Counted from the stretch's first letter, positions 27,501-37,798 are shown. The stretch is 64,000 nucleotides of DNA from an uncultured delta proteobacterium (GCA_963737905.1 CAVTUQ010000002.1:32001-96000); one strand, 5' to 3'. Numbers and translations: made by a program. The notes: generated by a model not told the origin, from the sequence alone.

Positions 27501-29573
27501 ATGATCACGCGCTTTGTCATTCAAAGAAGAGAACGGTTCGCCGGTGGTTACGAATTCCCCGTCACGGGTGCTTACGAAAAGCTCGTCGGTAAGGTTTACG
27601 GCGAGGTCGATCCGAGAAATCGGTTGGATAGAGTCATCGTCAACCTGGATGAGGCACCGCGAAACAGGCGAGGCAGAGTCGAGTACTGGAGCGACTTCTG
27701 CATCCTGAAACCCGTGGACATGGCCCGGGGCAACGGCAAGATTTTCTTTGATGCGCCTAACCGCGGTAGCAAACGCATCGTTAGTTTTCTCAACGATGCG
27801 CCTGCGACCAACGATCCCAGTACCCTCGAAGATGCCGGCAACGGCTTTCTCATGCGGCAGGGCTACACCGTCGTCTGGTGCGGCTGGCAGGGCGATCTGA
27901 TGCCACAAGAGAATTGGCTGGTGATGAAAGTACCCGTCGCGACCCATAACGGCAAAGATATCGTTCGCCAAGTCCGCACCGAGATCGTCGTCGAGAAAAA
28001 GGGAATCAAATCCCAGCCCCTCAGCGGCGACGAGCGCGTCAAGAGTTACGAAGCGGCGTCGCGCGACAAGACCCAAGCTTTACTCACGGTGCGGGAAAAA
28101 TCTTACGGACAACGAATTCCCATTCCAACTTCCGAATGGGAATTCGCCTCGTGCCTAAAGGATTCGCGCACAGGCAGAGAAACATTCAATGCGAGCAGCG
28201 AAGAACTCTATCTTCGCTCAGGCTTCACACCAGGCGCAATCTACGAGTTCATCTATCCGGCAAAGAAGCCTTTGGTCCTTGGCTTGGGCTTTGCCGTCGT
28301 GCGCGATCTGGTTTCCTTTCTTCGCTACGCTTCGAAGGACGCTGCAGGCACGCCGAATCCTTTGACTATAGCCCAGCAAGGCCGCAAACCTACACAGTCC
28401 CGATTCGCGGGATCCACTCTTTCGTTCTCCCCCCGCCTCGGGGGGAGGCAAAGAGGGGGGCCCGCCACCGAAATTCGACACGCCTACGGCTGGGGCCGCT
28501 CACAAAGCGGCCGATTTCTCCGGGACTTTGTCTATCACGGTTTCAATAAAGACGAGAGCCACCGCAAAGTATTCGATGCCATCGCTCCCCACGTCGCCGG
28601 CGGCGGCCGGTTATTTCTAAATTACGAATTCGCCCGTCCGGTCACATCTTCGCAGCAGCACACCAACCAGCTTGAGCCTGAGCTCTTCCCCCACGCCTAC
28701 AATATTCTAAAGGATGCACAGACCGGTCGACGAGATGGCATACTGAAACGGCCGAACACCGACCCTTATGTTTTTCACACGCAGACTTCCACGGAGTACT
28801 GGCAAAAGCGTGGCTGTCTCGCACACACGGACGGCAAAGGAGACGATGTTACACTCCCAGAGAAGGTGCGCATCTACGTTATCGCCAGCGCGCAACACAA
28901 CAGCCCGTTTGGCTCGGAGCCGGTGAAAGAAGATACTCAGCAACTTGTGAATCCGTTACCCGCAGGCGACGTGTTACGCGCGCTTATGGTTGCGCTGGAT
29001 CTGTGGGTCACCCAGGGAGTTTCGCCACCGCCGAGTCAGTACCCGAGAGTGGCAGATGGAACTCTGGTGCGACCTGATCGAAACTCGACACGCTTTCCCA
29101 AAATCCCCGGCGTGCGTTACCAAGGCCTACATAACCGACAGCTTTTCTTGGAGTATGGACCGCGCATTCATCGCGGGCGGATGGACGTCCATCCGCCCAG
29201 GCACCTCGGCAACGGCGCCTACACGATTCTGGTGCCCAAAGTCGATCGCGACGGCAACGATCTCGCGGGGATTCGTTTGCCTGCAGTCCAAGTTCCCATC
29301 GGCACGTACACAGGCTGGAACCTTCAACCGCGCCGTCTAGCCGAAGACGAGATGAGCGGCCTCCTCGGCTCCTTTATTCCTTTCGCAAAAACGAAAGCCG
29401 AACGAAGCAAACGGCGTGATCCGCGTTTGTCATTGAAGGAGCGATACAAGAGCCATAGCGACTACGTTAAGAAAATTAGCCATGCCGCAAGAATACTGGT
29501 GGATCAACGCTATTTGCTGCTAGACGATGCCCAGCGAATGATCGATGAGGCAAAGAAAAGACGCGTTCCGTAG
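27501..29573 (+). CDS. Alpha/beta-hydrolase domain protein
   Basis: GEVDP..N..IVNLD, PNRG, GWQGD, GRSQSGRFLR nucleophile elbow, PKVDRDGND..GIRLP, DPRLSLKERY; alternative start 27486. Confidence 0.85.
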   Translation: MITRFVIQRRERFAGGYEFPVTGAYEKLVGKVYGEVDPRNRLDRVIVNLDEAPRNRRGRVEYWSDFCILKPVDMARGNGKIFFDAPNRGSKRIVSFLNDAPATNDPSTLEDAGNGFLMRQGYTVVWCGWQGDLMPQENWLVMKVPVATHNGKDIVRQVRTEIVVEKKGIKSQPLSGDERVKSYEAASRDKTQALLTVREKSYGQRIPIPTSEWEFASCLKDSRTGRETFNASSEELYLRSGFTPGAIYEFIYPAKKPLVLGLGFAVVRDLVSFLRYASKDAAGTPNPLTIAQQGRKPTQSRFAGSTLSFSPRLGGRQRGGPATEIRHAYGWGRSQSGRFLRDFVYHGFNKDESHRKVFDAIAPHVAGGGRLFLNYEFARPVTSSQQHTNQLEPELFPHAYNILKDAQTGRRDGILKRPNTDPYVFHTQTSTEYWQKRGCLAHTDGKGDDVTLPEKVRIYVIASAQHNSPFGSEPVKEDTQQLVNPLPAGDVLRALMVALDLWVTQGVSPPPSQYPRVADGTLVRPDRNSTRFPKIPGVRYQGLHNRQLFLEYGPRIHRGRMDVHPPRHLGNGAYTILVPKVDRDGNDLAGIRLPAVQVPIGTYTGWNLQPRRLAEDEMSGLLGSFIPFAKTKAERSKRRDPRLSLKERYKSHSDYVKKISHAARILVDQRYLLLDDAQRMIDEAKKRRVP
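28426..28460 (+). repeat. GC-rich palindromic element within coding sequence
   Basis: CTCCCCCCG-cct-CGGGGGGAG perfect 9-bp stem followed by GCAAAGAGGGGGG; translated as SPRLGGRQRGG. Confidence 0.7.
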
Positions 29574-29672
29574 AATCAGTGCCCAATCGCGCTAGGTAAT
29601 GAGACGATAGGATCTACTAATCGATCCCAAGAAAAAGTAGTCGACGCATCCTCAACAGACATTGGATGATGA

Positions 29673-30428
29673 ATGGCCAAAGCAAGCCGGTTCCGTTACA
29701 CGACTTTAGGACGAGAATCGATGCTGTTACTGCTTACCTTGGCAGCCGCCAGCGTCGACGCGATAAGCTATCTGGGATTAGGGCATGTCTTTACGGCAAT
29801 GATGACCGGGAACACAGTCTTGCTCGGGTTGGCTCTGGCCCAGGGAGAATTGCTGGCGGCTCTGCGAAATATCCTCGCTTTAATCGGCTTCGCTATTGGT
29901 GTTTTTGTCGGCGCGATCATTGTCGAGCGCGAGTCTTACCCGGAAGAATGGCCAGCCGCTGTAACCGCCGCTCTCGCTTGTGAAACTATTATACTCGCCA
30001 TTTTGGCCGCAAACTTCACACTGTTGGACAGCATCCATGGGGGAATGATCTTTTTGCTGATTGCTCTGTCGGCTTTCGCCATGGGCGTTCAATCGGCGGC
30101 GGTGCGTCGTCTCGGCGTTCCGGGAATCGCCACAACCTACATCACCGGGACATTAACGAGTCTGATGGTGGACCTCTTGGGCTGGCTCCGTTTTATCGCC
30201 GCGCAACTCCCCGTCTCAAAACCCGCCGAACGCAGCGACCTTGAAAGGATCCCTTGGGATCAGCGTGTGGGTCTTCTGGCGGGCGTGATTATTCTGTATT
30301 GCCTTGGCGCGCTGATCGGTGCCGTTCTACAATTGTATTCCGCACCCCTCGCGCCCCTATTCCCGTTGGGCGCCGTGATGCTGGTCGTGATTAATGCCGC
30401 CATTCGCCAGCGGCACCGACAACTTTGA
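29673..30428 (+). CDS. YoaK / DUF1275 family membrane protein
   Basis: VDAISYL..FTAMMTGNTV; AMGVQSA..ATTYITGTL. Confidence 0.9.
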   Translation: MAKASRFRYTTLGRESMLLLLTLAAASVDAISYLGLGHVFTAMMTGNTVLLGLALAQGELLAALRNILALIGFAIGVFVGAIIVERESYPEEWPAAVTAALACETIILAILAANFTLLDSIHGGMIFLLIALSAFAMGVQSAAVRRLGVPGIATTYITGTLTSLMVDLLGWLRFIAAQLPVSKPAERSDLERIPWDQRVGLLAGVIILYCLGALIGAVLQLYSAPLAPLFPLGAVMLVVINAAIRQRHRQL

Positions 30429-30432
30429 AACC

Positions 30433-31437
30433 TTATCGCTGTTCGTAAAGTTTCCTGATGAAACCGCTCTTGTCGAGTTCGGCAATGAAGCTCGGATCCA
30501 TGAACTCTTCGGGCTTATGGTTCCGGATTTCCGGCCTCGTCAACGCCACGTAGTCGTAGGTGGCCTCTAAGCCCTTCATGATCGGATAAGGTACGGAGAT
30601 GAAATCCTGCTTGTAGAAAGCATACGAGCCTTCCAAAAATTCCGGATCGGTGGTTTTTACGTACTTGGTCAGGACCTTCAGGCTGAATTCTTTGTTTTGT
30701 TTGAAAAAGGCAATGCCTTCTACATGCGAGCGCACAAACCGCATGACCGTGTCGCGGTCTTCCTGGATAGTCTTTCGCCGCGTGACGATGGATGTCGTGG
30801 GATAAACAACCTCTTTCCTAGCGTCGATTAAAAGTCGGTAGCCCTTCCGCTCCGCCTGCACGTCTGCGGGATATGTCACGTCCGCTCCGTCAATAGCGCC
30901 GGTTAGCAGAGCTTGCAGCCGCTCGGTATTGGTCCCGATGGAGAGCCAGGTTATTTCCCGGTTTGGGTCAACACCATACTTTCGAATAATATATTTAAAG
31001 AGAAAATCACCCAGAGAACCTAGACTTGAGGTCGCGAGCCTCTTGCCCCGAAGATCTTCGGGTTTGCGGATTTCCGGTCTCACCAGCAGCTTGTTGCTAG
31101 GAGACGCAATCGTATGGGCAACGTTGACCATGTCCGCACCGGTGAGATTGGCTAACATCACCTGGGGAAGTGCCACCGGCGCGGCGAACAGACTGCCGCC
31201 AAGCAATGCCTGCGAGGTTTGCCCCGAGCCTCGAAGCAAGATGGGTTCGACACTGAGCCCGTTTTTCTCGTAGATCTTCGCCTCTTTCGCGAGCCAGGGA
31301 ATCCACATGGAGGCAGACAACGTGGTCACGCCCCAGTTGAGCTTTTTTAGAGGTCGATCCTGGGCCAGGCTATTCAAGCTAAGACCAAGAATGAAAATGA
31401 CTAACACCAACAAACTTCGCGCGACCCGTGCCTTCAT
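30433..31437 (-). CDS. ABC substrate-binding protein, SsuA/NMT1/THI5 family
   Basis: Signal peptide, YEKNGLSVE, PEDLRGKRLA, EEFMDPSFIAELDKSGFI. Confidence 0.9.
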   Translation of the reverse strand: MKARVARSLLVLVIFILGLSLNSLAQDRPLKKLNWGVTTLSASMWIPWLAKEAKIYEKNGLSVEPILLRGSGQTSQALLGGSLFAAPVALPQVMLANLTGADMVNVAHTIASPSNKLLVRPEIRKPEDLRGKRLATSSLGSLGDFLFKYIIRKYGVDPNREITWLSIGTNTERLQALLTGAIDGADVTYPADVQAERKGYRLLIDARKEVVYPTTSIVTRRKTIQEDRDTVMRFVRSHVEGIAFFKQNKEFSLKVLTKYVKTTDPEFLEGSYAFYKQDFISVPYPIMKGLEATYDYVALTRPEIRNHKPEEFMDPSFIAELDKSGFIRKLYEQR

Positions 31438-31479
31438 GGTTTTCTTGTTCCGCCTCCCGACTTTTCCCTCAAGCCTTCG

Positions 31480-32484
31480 CTATTTTTGCTCGTACAGTTT
31501 TTTGATAAACCCGCTTTTATCCAACTCGGCGATGAAGCTCGGGTCCATGAACTCTTCGGGCTTGCGGCCGCGGATCTCCGGTTTTGTTGTCGCTACATAG
31601 TCGTAAGTGGCCTCCAGCCCTTTCATAATCGGGTAGGGAACGGATATGAAATCCTGCCTAAAAATTTCGTACGAACCCTCCAAGAGTTCCTGATCGTTGG
31701 TTCTTAAATATTTGCTTAGAACTTTCATGCTGAATTCTTTGTGGGTCTTGAAATAGGCGATGCCTTCGACATGGGATTTGAGCATGCGCATCACCGTGTC
31801 GCGATCGTCCTGGACGTTCTTCCGCCGTGTAACCACCGACATCGAAGGATAGACGACCTCTTTCCTAGCATCGAAGAGAACTCGATATCCCATTCGCTGC
31901 GCCTGAGCGTCAGTCGGATAAGATAGGTCTGCGGCATCGACCGCACCTGATGAGAGGGCCTGGAGCCGCTCCGGCGGTGTTCCGATCGAAAGCCAAATGA
32001 CATCCCGATTAGGATCCATGCCGTGCTTTCGAATAATGTACTTGAAGAGAAAATCGCCTAGCGATCCCAAGCTCGAGGTGGCGATTTTTTTCCCTTTGAT
32101 ATCTTCGGGTCTTTTAATGTCCTGCTTGACCAGCAGTTTGCTCTGAACCCCAGGCACAGTGTGAGCGATATTCACCAGATCAGCGCCTCCTAGGTCCGCG
32201 AGCATCACGGTGGGCAGTGCCACCGGTGCGGCAAAGAGGCTGCCGCCAAGAATCGCTGTCGACGTTTGGCCCGATCCTTTAACTAAGATTAGCTGAACAT
32301 CGAGTCCGTTCTTCTCGTAGATCTTCGCCTCTTTGGCGAGCCAGGGAATCCAATTGGACGCGGACAACGACGTTACACCCCAGCTGATCTTCTTGAGCGG
32401 CTTATCTTGAGCTTCCGCAAGCGGACCGTGGGCGACGAGCCCAATGAAAGTTACGAACAGCACTTGAACGAACAATTTTTTCAT
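31480..32484 (-). CDS. ABC substrate-binding protein, SsuA/NMT1 family (close paralog of the adjacent gene)
   Basis: Same motifs; long identical stretches shared with 30433-31437; alternative GTG start 32499. Confidence 0.9.
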   Translation of the reverse strand: MKKLFVQVLFVTFIGLVAHGPLAEAQDKPLKKISWGVTSLSASNWIPWLAKEAKIYEKNGLDVQLILVKGSGQTSTAILGGSLFAAPVALPTVMLADLGGADLVNIAHTVPGVQSKLLVKQDIKRPEDIKGKKIATSSLGSLGDFLFKYIIRKHGMDPNRDVIWLSIGTPPERLQALSSGAVDAADLSYPTDAQAQRMGYRVLFDARKEVVYPSMSVVTRRKNVQDDRDTVMRMLKSHVEGIAYFKTHKEFSMKVLSKYLRTNDQELLEGSYEIFRQDFISVPYPIMKGLEATYDYVATTKPEIRGRKPEEFMDPSFIAELDKSGFIKKLYEQK

Positions 32485-32575
32485 AGATTTCCCCTTCACT
32501 AGTTTTTGTTGTCTATTTGAACCTGAGGTTGATCGGGCTTAAATTGACTGAACCCACCTCTGGAGGATCGTTTGG

Positions 32576-33727
32576 CTAGCGCTTGCCAGCCAACGTCTTT
32601 GTAAAGCCGCTATCCTCGATCTTTTTTAGAAAACTATTGTCGTAGAATTCTTCCGGACTCGCCGTCGCTGCTTTGGGCTGGCCCGCAGCAAGAAACTGCA
32701 ACACGCTCTTTACTCCACTAGCACTTGCGTAGGGCATCGCCGGTGTCATCTCCACGTAATAGTCATAGCCCTCTTCAGCGCGGGCGCGATCCGTCATCTT
32801 CAAAAATTTCATGATGCCGGCCAGTGACTTTTCCTTTTGGGTTTTGAAGTAATGCAAAGACTCGATGTAACCTTTGAGAAAATTTTCGACCAGCTGCGGG
32901 TGACTTTTGATGTAGGGTGTCATTCCGGCGATGGAATTACCTGCATATTCGATGTCGATCTTCCTCAAATCGGCAAGCTCGCGAAAGCCCAGCTGCTTTG
33001 CGACTCCGCTAAAGGGCGGCGTTAGCACGGTGGCGGACACCGCTCCGCGTTGCAATGCGTTCAATCTTCCCTGTTGGCTTTCCGCGACGGATATGAAGAC
33101 AACATCTTTGCCCGGTTCTAAACCCGACTGTCGCAAGTAGAGACGCAACGCGCTGTCGGCGGACGCGCCGGGCCGTGTTCCTGTAACGACCTTTCCCTTC
33201 AGGTCGTGCACCGATTTTATTTCCGGTGCGGCAAAAACAACATAGTCGAACTTGTTAGACTGCACTGCAAGTATAGTAATATCGACTCCGCCCAGCCGGG
33301 CGCTAATCGTAGCCGTCGAGCCGGCGGCGAGAAATTGCACGGAGTTGGAGGTGACGGCGGCTAACGAGTTCATCCCGCCGCCCATATAGATGGTTTCGAG
33401 ATCGATCCCATGCTTTGCGAAGAGCCCCGCTTGGTTGCCGAGCGGGAGGATGCTGGAATTGACGGAGATCGAGCCCAGGGCAACGCGGACCTTTTCCTTC
33501 GTTTGAGCAAGAGCGTGATGAGAAGCCACCAGCAGAAAAAACGCAATCAAAAAGATGCGCCGGAGAGTTCCACTGACGGTGCCTGCTCGATCCTCCTCTC
33601 CCTTGACGGGAGAGGACTGAGGTGAGGGTGCTTGATTTTGCCCCCTCACCCTAACCTTCTCCCACGAGGGGAGAGGGAATTTGTCTACGGCACTCCGTGG
33701 AAAAACAGAATTCATTGGCTGTATCAT
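32576..33727 (-). CDS. ABC substrate-binding protein, SsuA/NMT1 family, with repeat-derived N-terminal extension
   Basis: LFAKHGID, DLKGK, EEFYDNSFLKKIEDSGF; signal peptide begins about 55 aa in; start uncertain (33727 or 33715). Confidence 0.85.
   Translation of the reverse strand: MIQPMNSVFPRSAVDKFPLPSWEKVRVRGQNQAPSPQSSPVKGEEDRAGTVSGTLRRIFLIAFFLLVASHHALAQTKEKVRVALGSISVNSSILPLGNQAGLFAKHGIDLETIYMGGGMNSLAAVTSNSVQFLAAGSTATISARLGGVDITILAVQSNKFDYVVFAAPEIKSVHDLKGKVVTGTRPGASADSALRLYLRQSGLEPGKDVVFISVAESQQGRLNALQRGAVSATVLTPPFSGVAKQLGFRELADLRKIDIEYAGNSIAGMTPYIKSHPQLVENFLKGYIESLHYFKTQKEKSLAGIMKFLKMTDRARAEEGYDYYVEMTPAMPYASASGVKSVLQFLAAGQPKAATASPEEFYDNSFLKKIEDSGFTKTLAGKR
33595..33678. repeat. Pair of inverted CCCTCACCCTAACC-CTCTCCC..GGGAGAGG palindromic units
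   Basis: cctctcccttgacgggagaggactgaggtgagggtg ... cccctcaccctaaccttctcccacgaggggagaggga. Confidence 0.8.
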
Positions 33728-33760
33728 GAAGACCCCAAAAGATTTGGCCGAATAGTCGGA

Positions 33761-35705
33761 TTACTCTTCATATTGCTCCTTCAACTTTGCCACGACCGCC
33801 GGATCAGCCAAAGTCGTCGTATCGCCCAACGTGCGCCCGTCGGCGATGTCGCGGAGGAGGCGGCGCATGATCTTGCCGCTGCGGGTTTTGGGAAGCTCCG
33901 CGGCAAAGAGAATCTCGTCCGGTCGAGCAATGGGCCCGATCTTCTTGGCCACGTGTGCTTTCAGCTCCTCCACCAGCTCGGTACCCCCATCTACTCCCGC
34001 CTTAAGCGAGACGAAAGCGCAAATCGCCTGACCTTTGATTTCGTGCGCTTTGCCGATAACAGCCGATTCGGCTACCTTCTGGTGATCCACCAGCGCGCTC
34101 TCGACTTCCATCGTGCTGATCCTGTGCCCGGCAATGTTCATGACGTCGTCAACGCGTCCGAGTAGCCAGAAGTAACCATCCTTGTCTCGCTTCGCGCCGT
34201 CGCCAGCAAAGTACTTGCCCGGGAATCGGCTCCAGTAGGTCTGCACGAAACGATCCGGGTCGCCGTATATCGTCCGCATCATCGCAGGCCATGGCTTAGT
34301 CAAAACCAAATAGCCCCCGCCGCCTTTGGGAACGGATTTTCCATGCTCGTCCACGATATCGGCTTCGATCCCCGGAAACGGCAATGTTGCGGAGCCCGGT
34401 TTGAGCTTCGTCAGAGCCGGCAAAGGCGTGATCAGCGGATGTCCGGTCTCGGTCTGCCACCAGGTGTCCATCACCGGACAGCGTCCCCCTCCGATATATT
34501 TATGATACCAGACCCAGGCTTCCGGATTGATCGGCTCGCCGACAGTGCCAAGAAGTCTCAAGCTCTTGAGGTCGTGCTTTCCTGGGAACTCCGTTCCCCA
34601 GCGCATGAAAGTCCGGATGGCCGTCGGCGCGGTATGGAAAATCGTTACGCCATATTTCTCGACGATGCGCCACAAACGGTCTTTGTCCGGCCAGTCGGGC
34701 GTCCCTTCGTACATCACCTGGGTAACGCCGTTGGTCATGGGCCCATAGACGATATGGGTATGCCCCGTTACCCAGCCGATATCCGCCGCACACCAGAAGA
34801 TATCGTCTTCCTTCATATCGAAAATCCATTTATTCGCCAGGTGAACACCGGTAAGATAACCGCCGGTGGTATGGACGATGCCCTTCGGTTTTCCGGTGGT
34901 ACCACTGGTATACAGGAGAAAAAGGATGTCCTCGCTGTCCATCTTCTCCGGTTCGCACCACAGAGGCGCGTCGGCCATCAACTCATGCCACCAATGGTCC
35001 CTGCCCGATTTCATATGCGTACCGGTCTCATCGCCCACTCGTTTTAAGACCACCGCATGTTCGATCGACGGCGTATCGGTCATCGCTTCGTCGGCGTTGC
35101 GTCTTGAGCGGTACAACCGCTCCGCGCCGATAGCCGCCGTCCGCCGTAACCAAAACCTTCGCTTGCGCGTCGTTAATCCGATCACGCAGCGCCTCTGCGC
35201 TGAAACCGCCGAACACAACGCTGTGCGGGGCGCCGATGCGGTTACAGCCGTGCATCGCGATCACCAACTCCGGCACCATGCCCATGTAAATGCACACGCG
35301 GTCGCCTTTCTTGACGCCGAGCCCCTTCAAAACATTGGCGAACTTGTTGACCTCCCTCCAAACATCGCGGTAGGTGAGCACTCGCGCGTCTCCGGGCTCC
35401 CCTTCCCAGATGATGGCCGCTTTGTTTTTGCGCTCGGTCTTGACATGGCGATCGAGACAGTTGTAAGAGGCGTTGATCTTCCCGCCGATAAACCACTTGG
35501 CCCAAGGAGAATCCCATTCCAACACCTTTTTCCATGGTTTGAACCAATCCAGCTCCTTGGCGGCTTTGGCCCAGAACGCTTGGGGATTCTTTCGGGCGGA
35601 ATTAAAAATGCTCGCGCTTCTTGCGTGGGCGGATTTCTTGAACGCCTTTGGCGGCGGAAAGTTTCTCTTCTCGTCCAAAAGAACTTCAATGGCCTTGTCT
35701 GCCAT
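33761..35705 (-). CDS. acs: Acetyl-CoA synthetase (single frameshift near 35103)
   Basis: N-half [26 protein letters not shown]; C-half [31 protein letters not shown]; removing one extra base restores PLKRNADEAM. Confidence 0.93.
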
Positions 35706-35925
35706 GGTGCATCCTCCTTACTTGGAATATACGCTGAAATTGAACAGAGTGTCGATCAGAGCGAACGAATTTTATTCAAGCCCTCGCTGATTGGCAAGTG
35801 CCCTACACTCCCGCTCGAAAACCATGCCCGCGGGCCCGTTGTCGTGATTGACGGATATAGTAGGATAACCTTTGTATGAAGCAAGCACGTTCGATAAGGT
35901 CTTGGCTCCTGAGCCACGGGGTCTA

Positions 35926-36732
35926 ATGAGACATTTTTTGTCGTTTTCCGTTGGATCGTATAATGTTCTGGCAAACGCGTACGTCCAATACGGGCTCTAC
36001 CGACACACGCCAAAGATGGTGCTGGATCCGTTATGGCGTATGCCGGCGGTGGTGCACCAGGTCGCAAGTATCGGAACCGACGTGCTTTGTTTACAGGAAG
36101 TAGAACTGGGCGCGTTCGCCGCGTTGAAGCACCGCTTGACGTCCTTGGGCTATGCGGCCGAGCACGCGCGCAAGCGGGGGAGCAAGCCGGACGGCTGCGC
36201 GATTTTTTACCGGGAGGATACCTTTGAGTTGCTTGCAACACGAGTCATTGAGTATGCCGATGGAGCGGAAGGACAGGCCAACTCCGGACACATCGCACTT
36301 GTGGTTTTACTGCGCGCAGGGAAACGTGTGGTTGCCGTCGCCAACACGCATCTAAGCTGGGATCCCCCCGACACCCCAACTACCGCAAAGGTGGGCCAGC
36401 GACAAGCGCTGCAGTTGCTCAAGGAATCTTGGAGTTTGGCGGCATCGAGTGATGGAACGCTCCTTTGTGGCGATCTCAACGCAACTCCGGAAAGTGACAT
36501 CGTTGCGCTTCTAGAAAACGCCGGCTTTCGATATTCACATGCCGGACTTGAGCATGCCTACACGTGCAAGGTCAATACCGAAGCAAAAATGATCGACTAT
36601 CTCTTTTACTCGCCGGCGTTTCGCGCTGAGCCACAAAGCATCCTGCAGATCTCTGATCGAACGATTTTGCCATCCTCCGACCAGCCATCCGATCACCTGC
36701 CTATCGCGGCACGGTTTCTTTGGAGAAATTAA
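35926..36732 (+). CDS. Endonuclease/exonuclease/phosphatase (EEP) protein, CCR4/nocturnin/PDE12-like
   Basis: SYNVLA, LCLQEV, DGCAIFYR, ANTHLSWDP, CGDLNA, IDYLFYS, PSDHLP. Confidence 0.88.
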   Translation: MRHFLSFSVGSYNVLANAYVQYGLYRHTPKMVLDPLWRMPAVVHQVASIGTDVLCLQEVELGAFAALKHRLTSLGYAAEHARKRGSKPDGCAIFYREDTFELLATRVIEYADGAEGQANSGHIALVVLLRAGKRVVAVANTHLSWDPPDTPTTAKVGQRQALQLLKESWSLAASSDGTLLCGDLNATPESDIVALLENAGFRYSHAGLEHAYTCKVNTEAKMIDYLFYSPAFRAEPQSILQISDRTILPSSDQPSDHLPIAARFLWRN

Positions 36733-36745
36733 GCTGTCTTAGATT

Positions 36746-37798
36746 ATGGATAACACTCTGACAATCGGGCTCTCTCTTATCTTCACAGTCGTACTCCTCG
36801 GCCCCTTCTTGAACAAGTGGATCGAAAGCAATCTAGAAGTTTTTCTTTTCTTGATGGGCGCCATGAGTGCCACGGTCTCCAACGCCTGGAGTTCCGAGGT
36901 CTTCCATGAAGCAATAGTCGCCCCGATCAACATCACCCTCGCGGTCGTCGGTGCTGGAGTGGTCTTTCACTATCTGCGACACGCCATCGACAGAGGAATG
37001 CGGCGTCTGCTGATAACTACACCCCTTCCTGTAGTCGTTTGTTTTGGAATCATAATCCTGGGCCTCCTCTCAAGCGTGATCTCGGCGATCATCGCGGCTT
37101 TGCTCTTGGTCGAATTCATCACCGTGCTGCCGCTGCACCGGCACGCCGAGGTCAATTTGACCATCATCGCCTGTTTCGCCATCGGCTTGGGAGCCGCCCT
37201 GACCCCCCTCGGAGAGCCCCTTTCCACGATCGCCACTTCTAAACTGAGCGGCGAACCTTATCACGCCCATTTCTTTTACTTGGCCAAGCTTCTTTGGTTT
37301 TACGTGATCCCATCGGTCGTCGTCTTGGGTGTCGGCGCGATTTTCCTCGTTCACCAATCAGCCGCTGACACCGAGGCGACTCTGGCAGCCGAACCCCAGG
37401 AAGAAAAATTAGGCGCGGTTTTTATCCGTGGGTTTAAAGTCTATGTCTTTGTCATGGCACTGATCTTTCTCGGCGCCGGTTTCAAGCCTTTCATCGACGC
37501 CTATCTCATTAAAGTATCCTCACTAACGCTTTTCTGGGTGAACATGGTCTCGGCGGTTCTCGACAACGCCACGTTGGCGGCGGCGGAGATCGGCCCGACA
37601 CTGAACGAGGCACAGATCAAGAGCGCGTTGTTGGGTTTGCTGATCTCCGGCGGCATGTTAATCTCGGGCAATATTCCCAACATCATCGCAGCGCATGCCC
37701 TCCACATCAAAACCACGGAATGGGCCAAGCTCGGTGTACCTCTGGGCATAGTTATGATGATGGTCACCGCGCTGATGCTGTTCTTTGGTTTGGTTTAG
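36746..37798 (+). CDS. DUF1646 family membrane protein (putative cation transporter)
   Basis: IESNLEVFLF, GLGAALTPLGEPLSTI, SAVLDNATLAAAEI, GGMLISGNIPNII. Confidence 0.85.
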   Translation: MDNTLTIGLSLIFTVVLLGPFLNKWIESNLEVFLFLMGAMSATVSNAWSSEVFHEAIVAPINITLAVVGAGVVFHYLRHAIDRGMRRLLITTPLPVVVCFGIIILGLLSSVISAIIAALLLVEFITVLPLHRHAEVNLTIIACFAIGLGAALTPLGEPLSTIATSKLSGEPYHAHFFYLAKLLWFYVIPSVVVLGVGAIFLVHQSAADTEATLAAEPQEEKLGAVFIRGFKVYVFVMALIFLGAGFKPFIDAYLIKVSSLTLFWVNMVSAVLDNATLAAAEIGPTLNEAQIKSALLGLLISGGMLISGNIPNIIAAHALHIKTTEWAKLGVPLGIVMMMVTALMLFFGLV

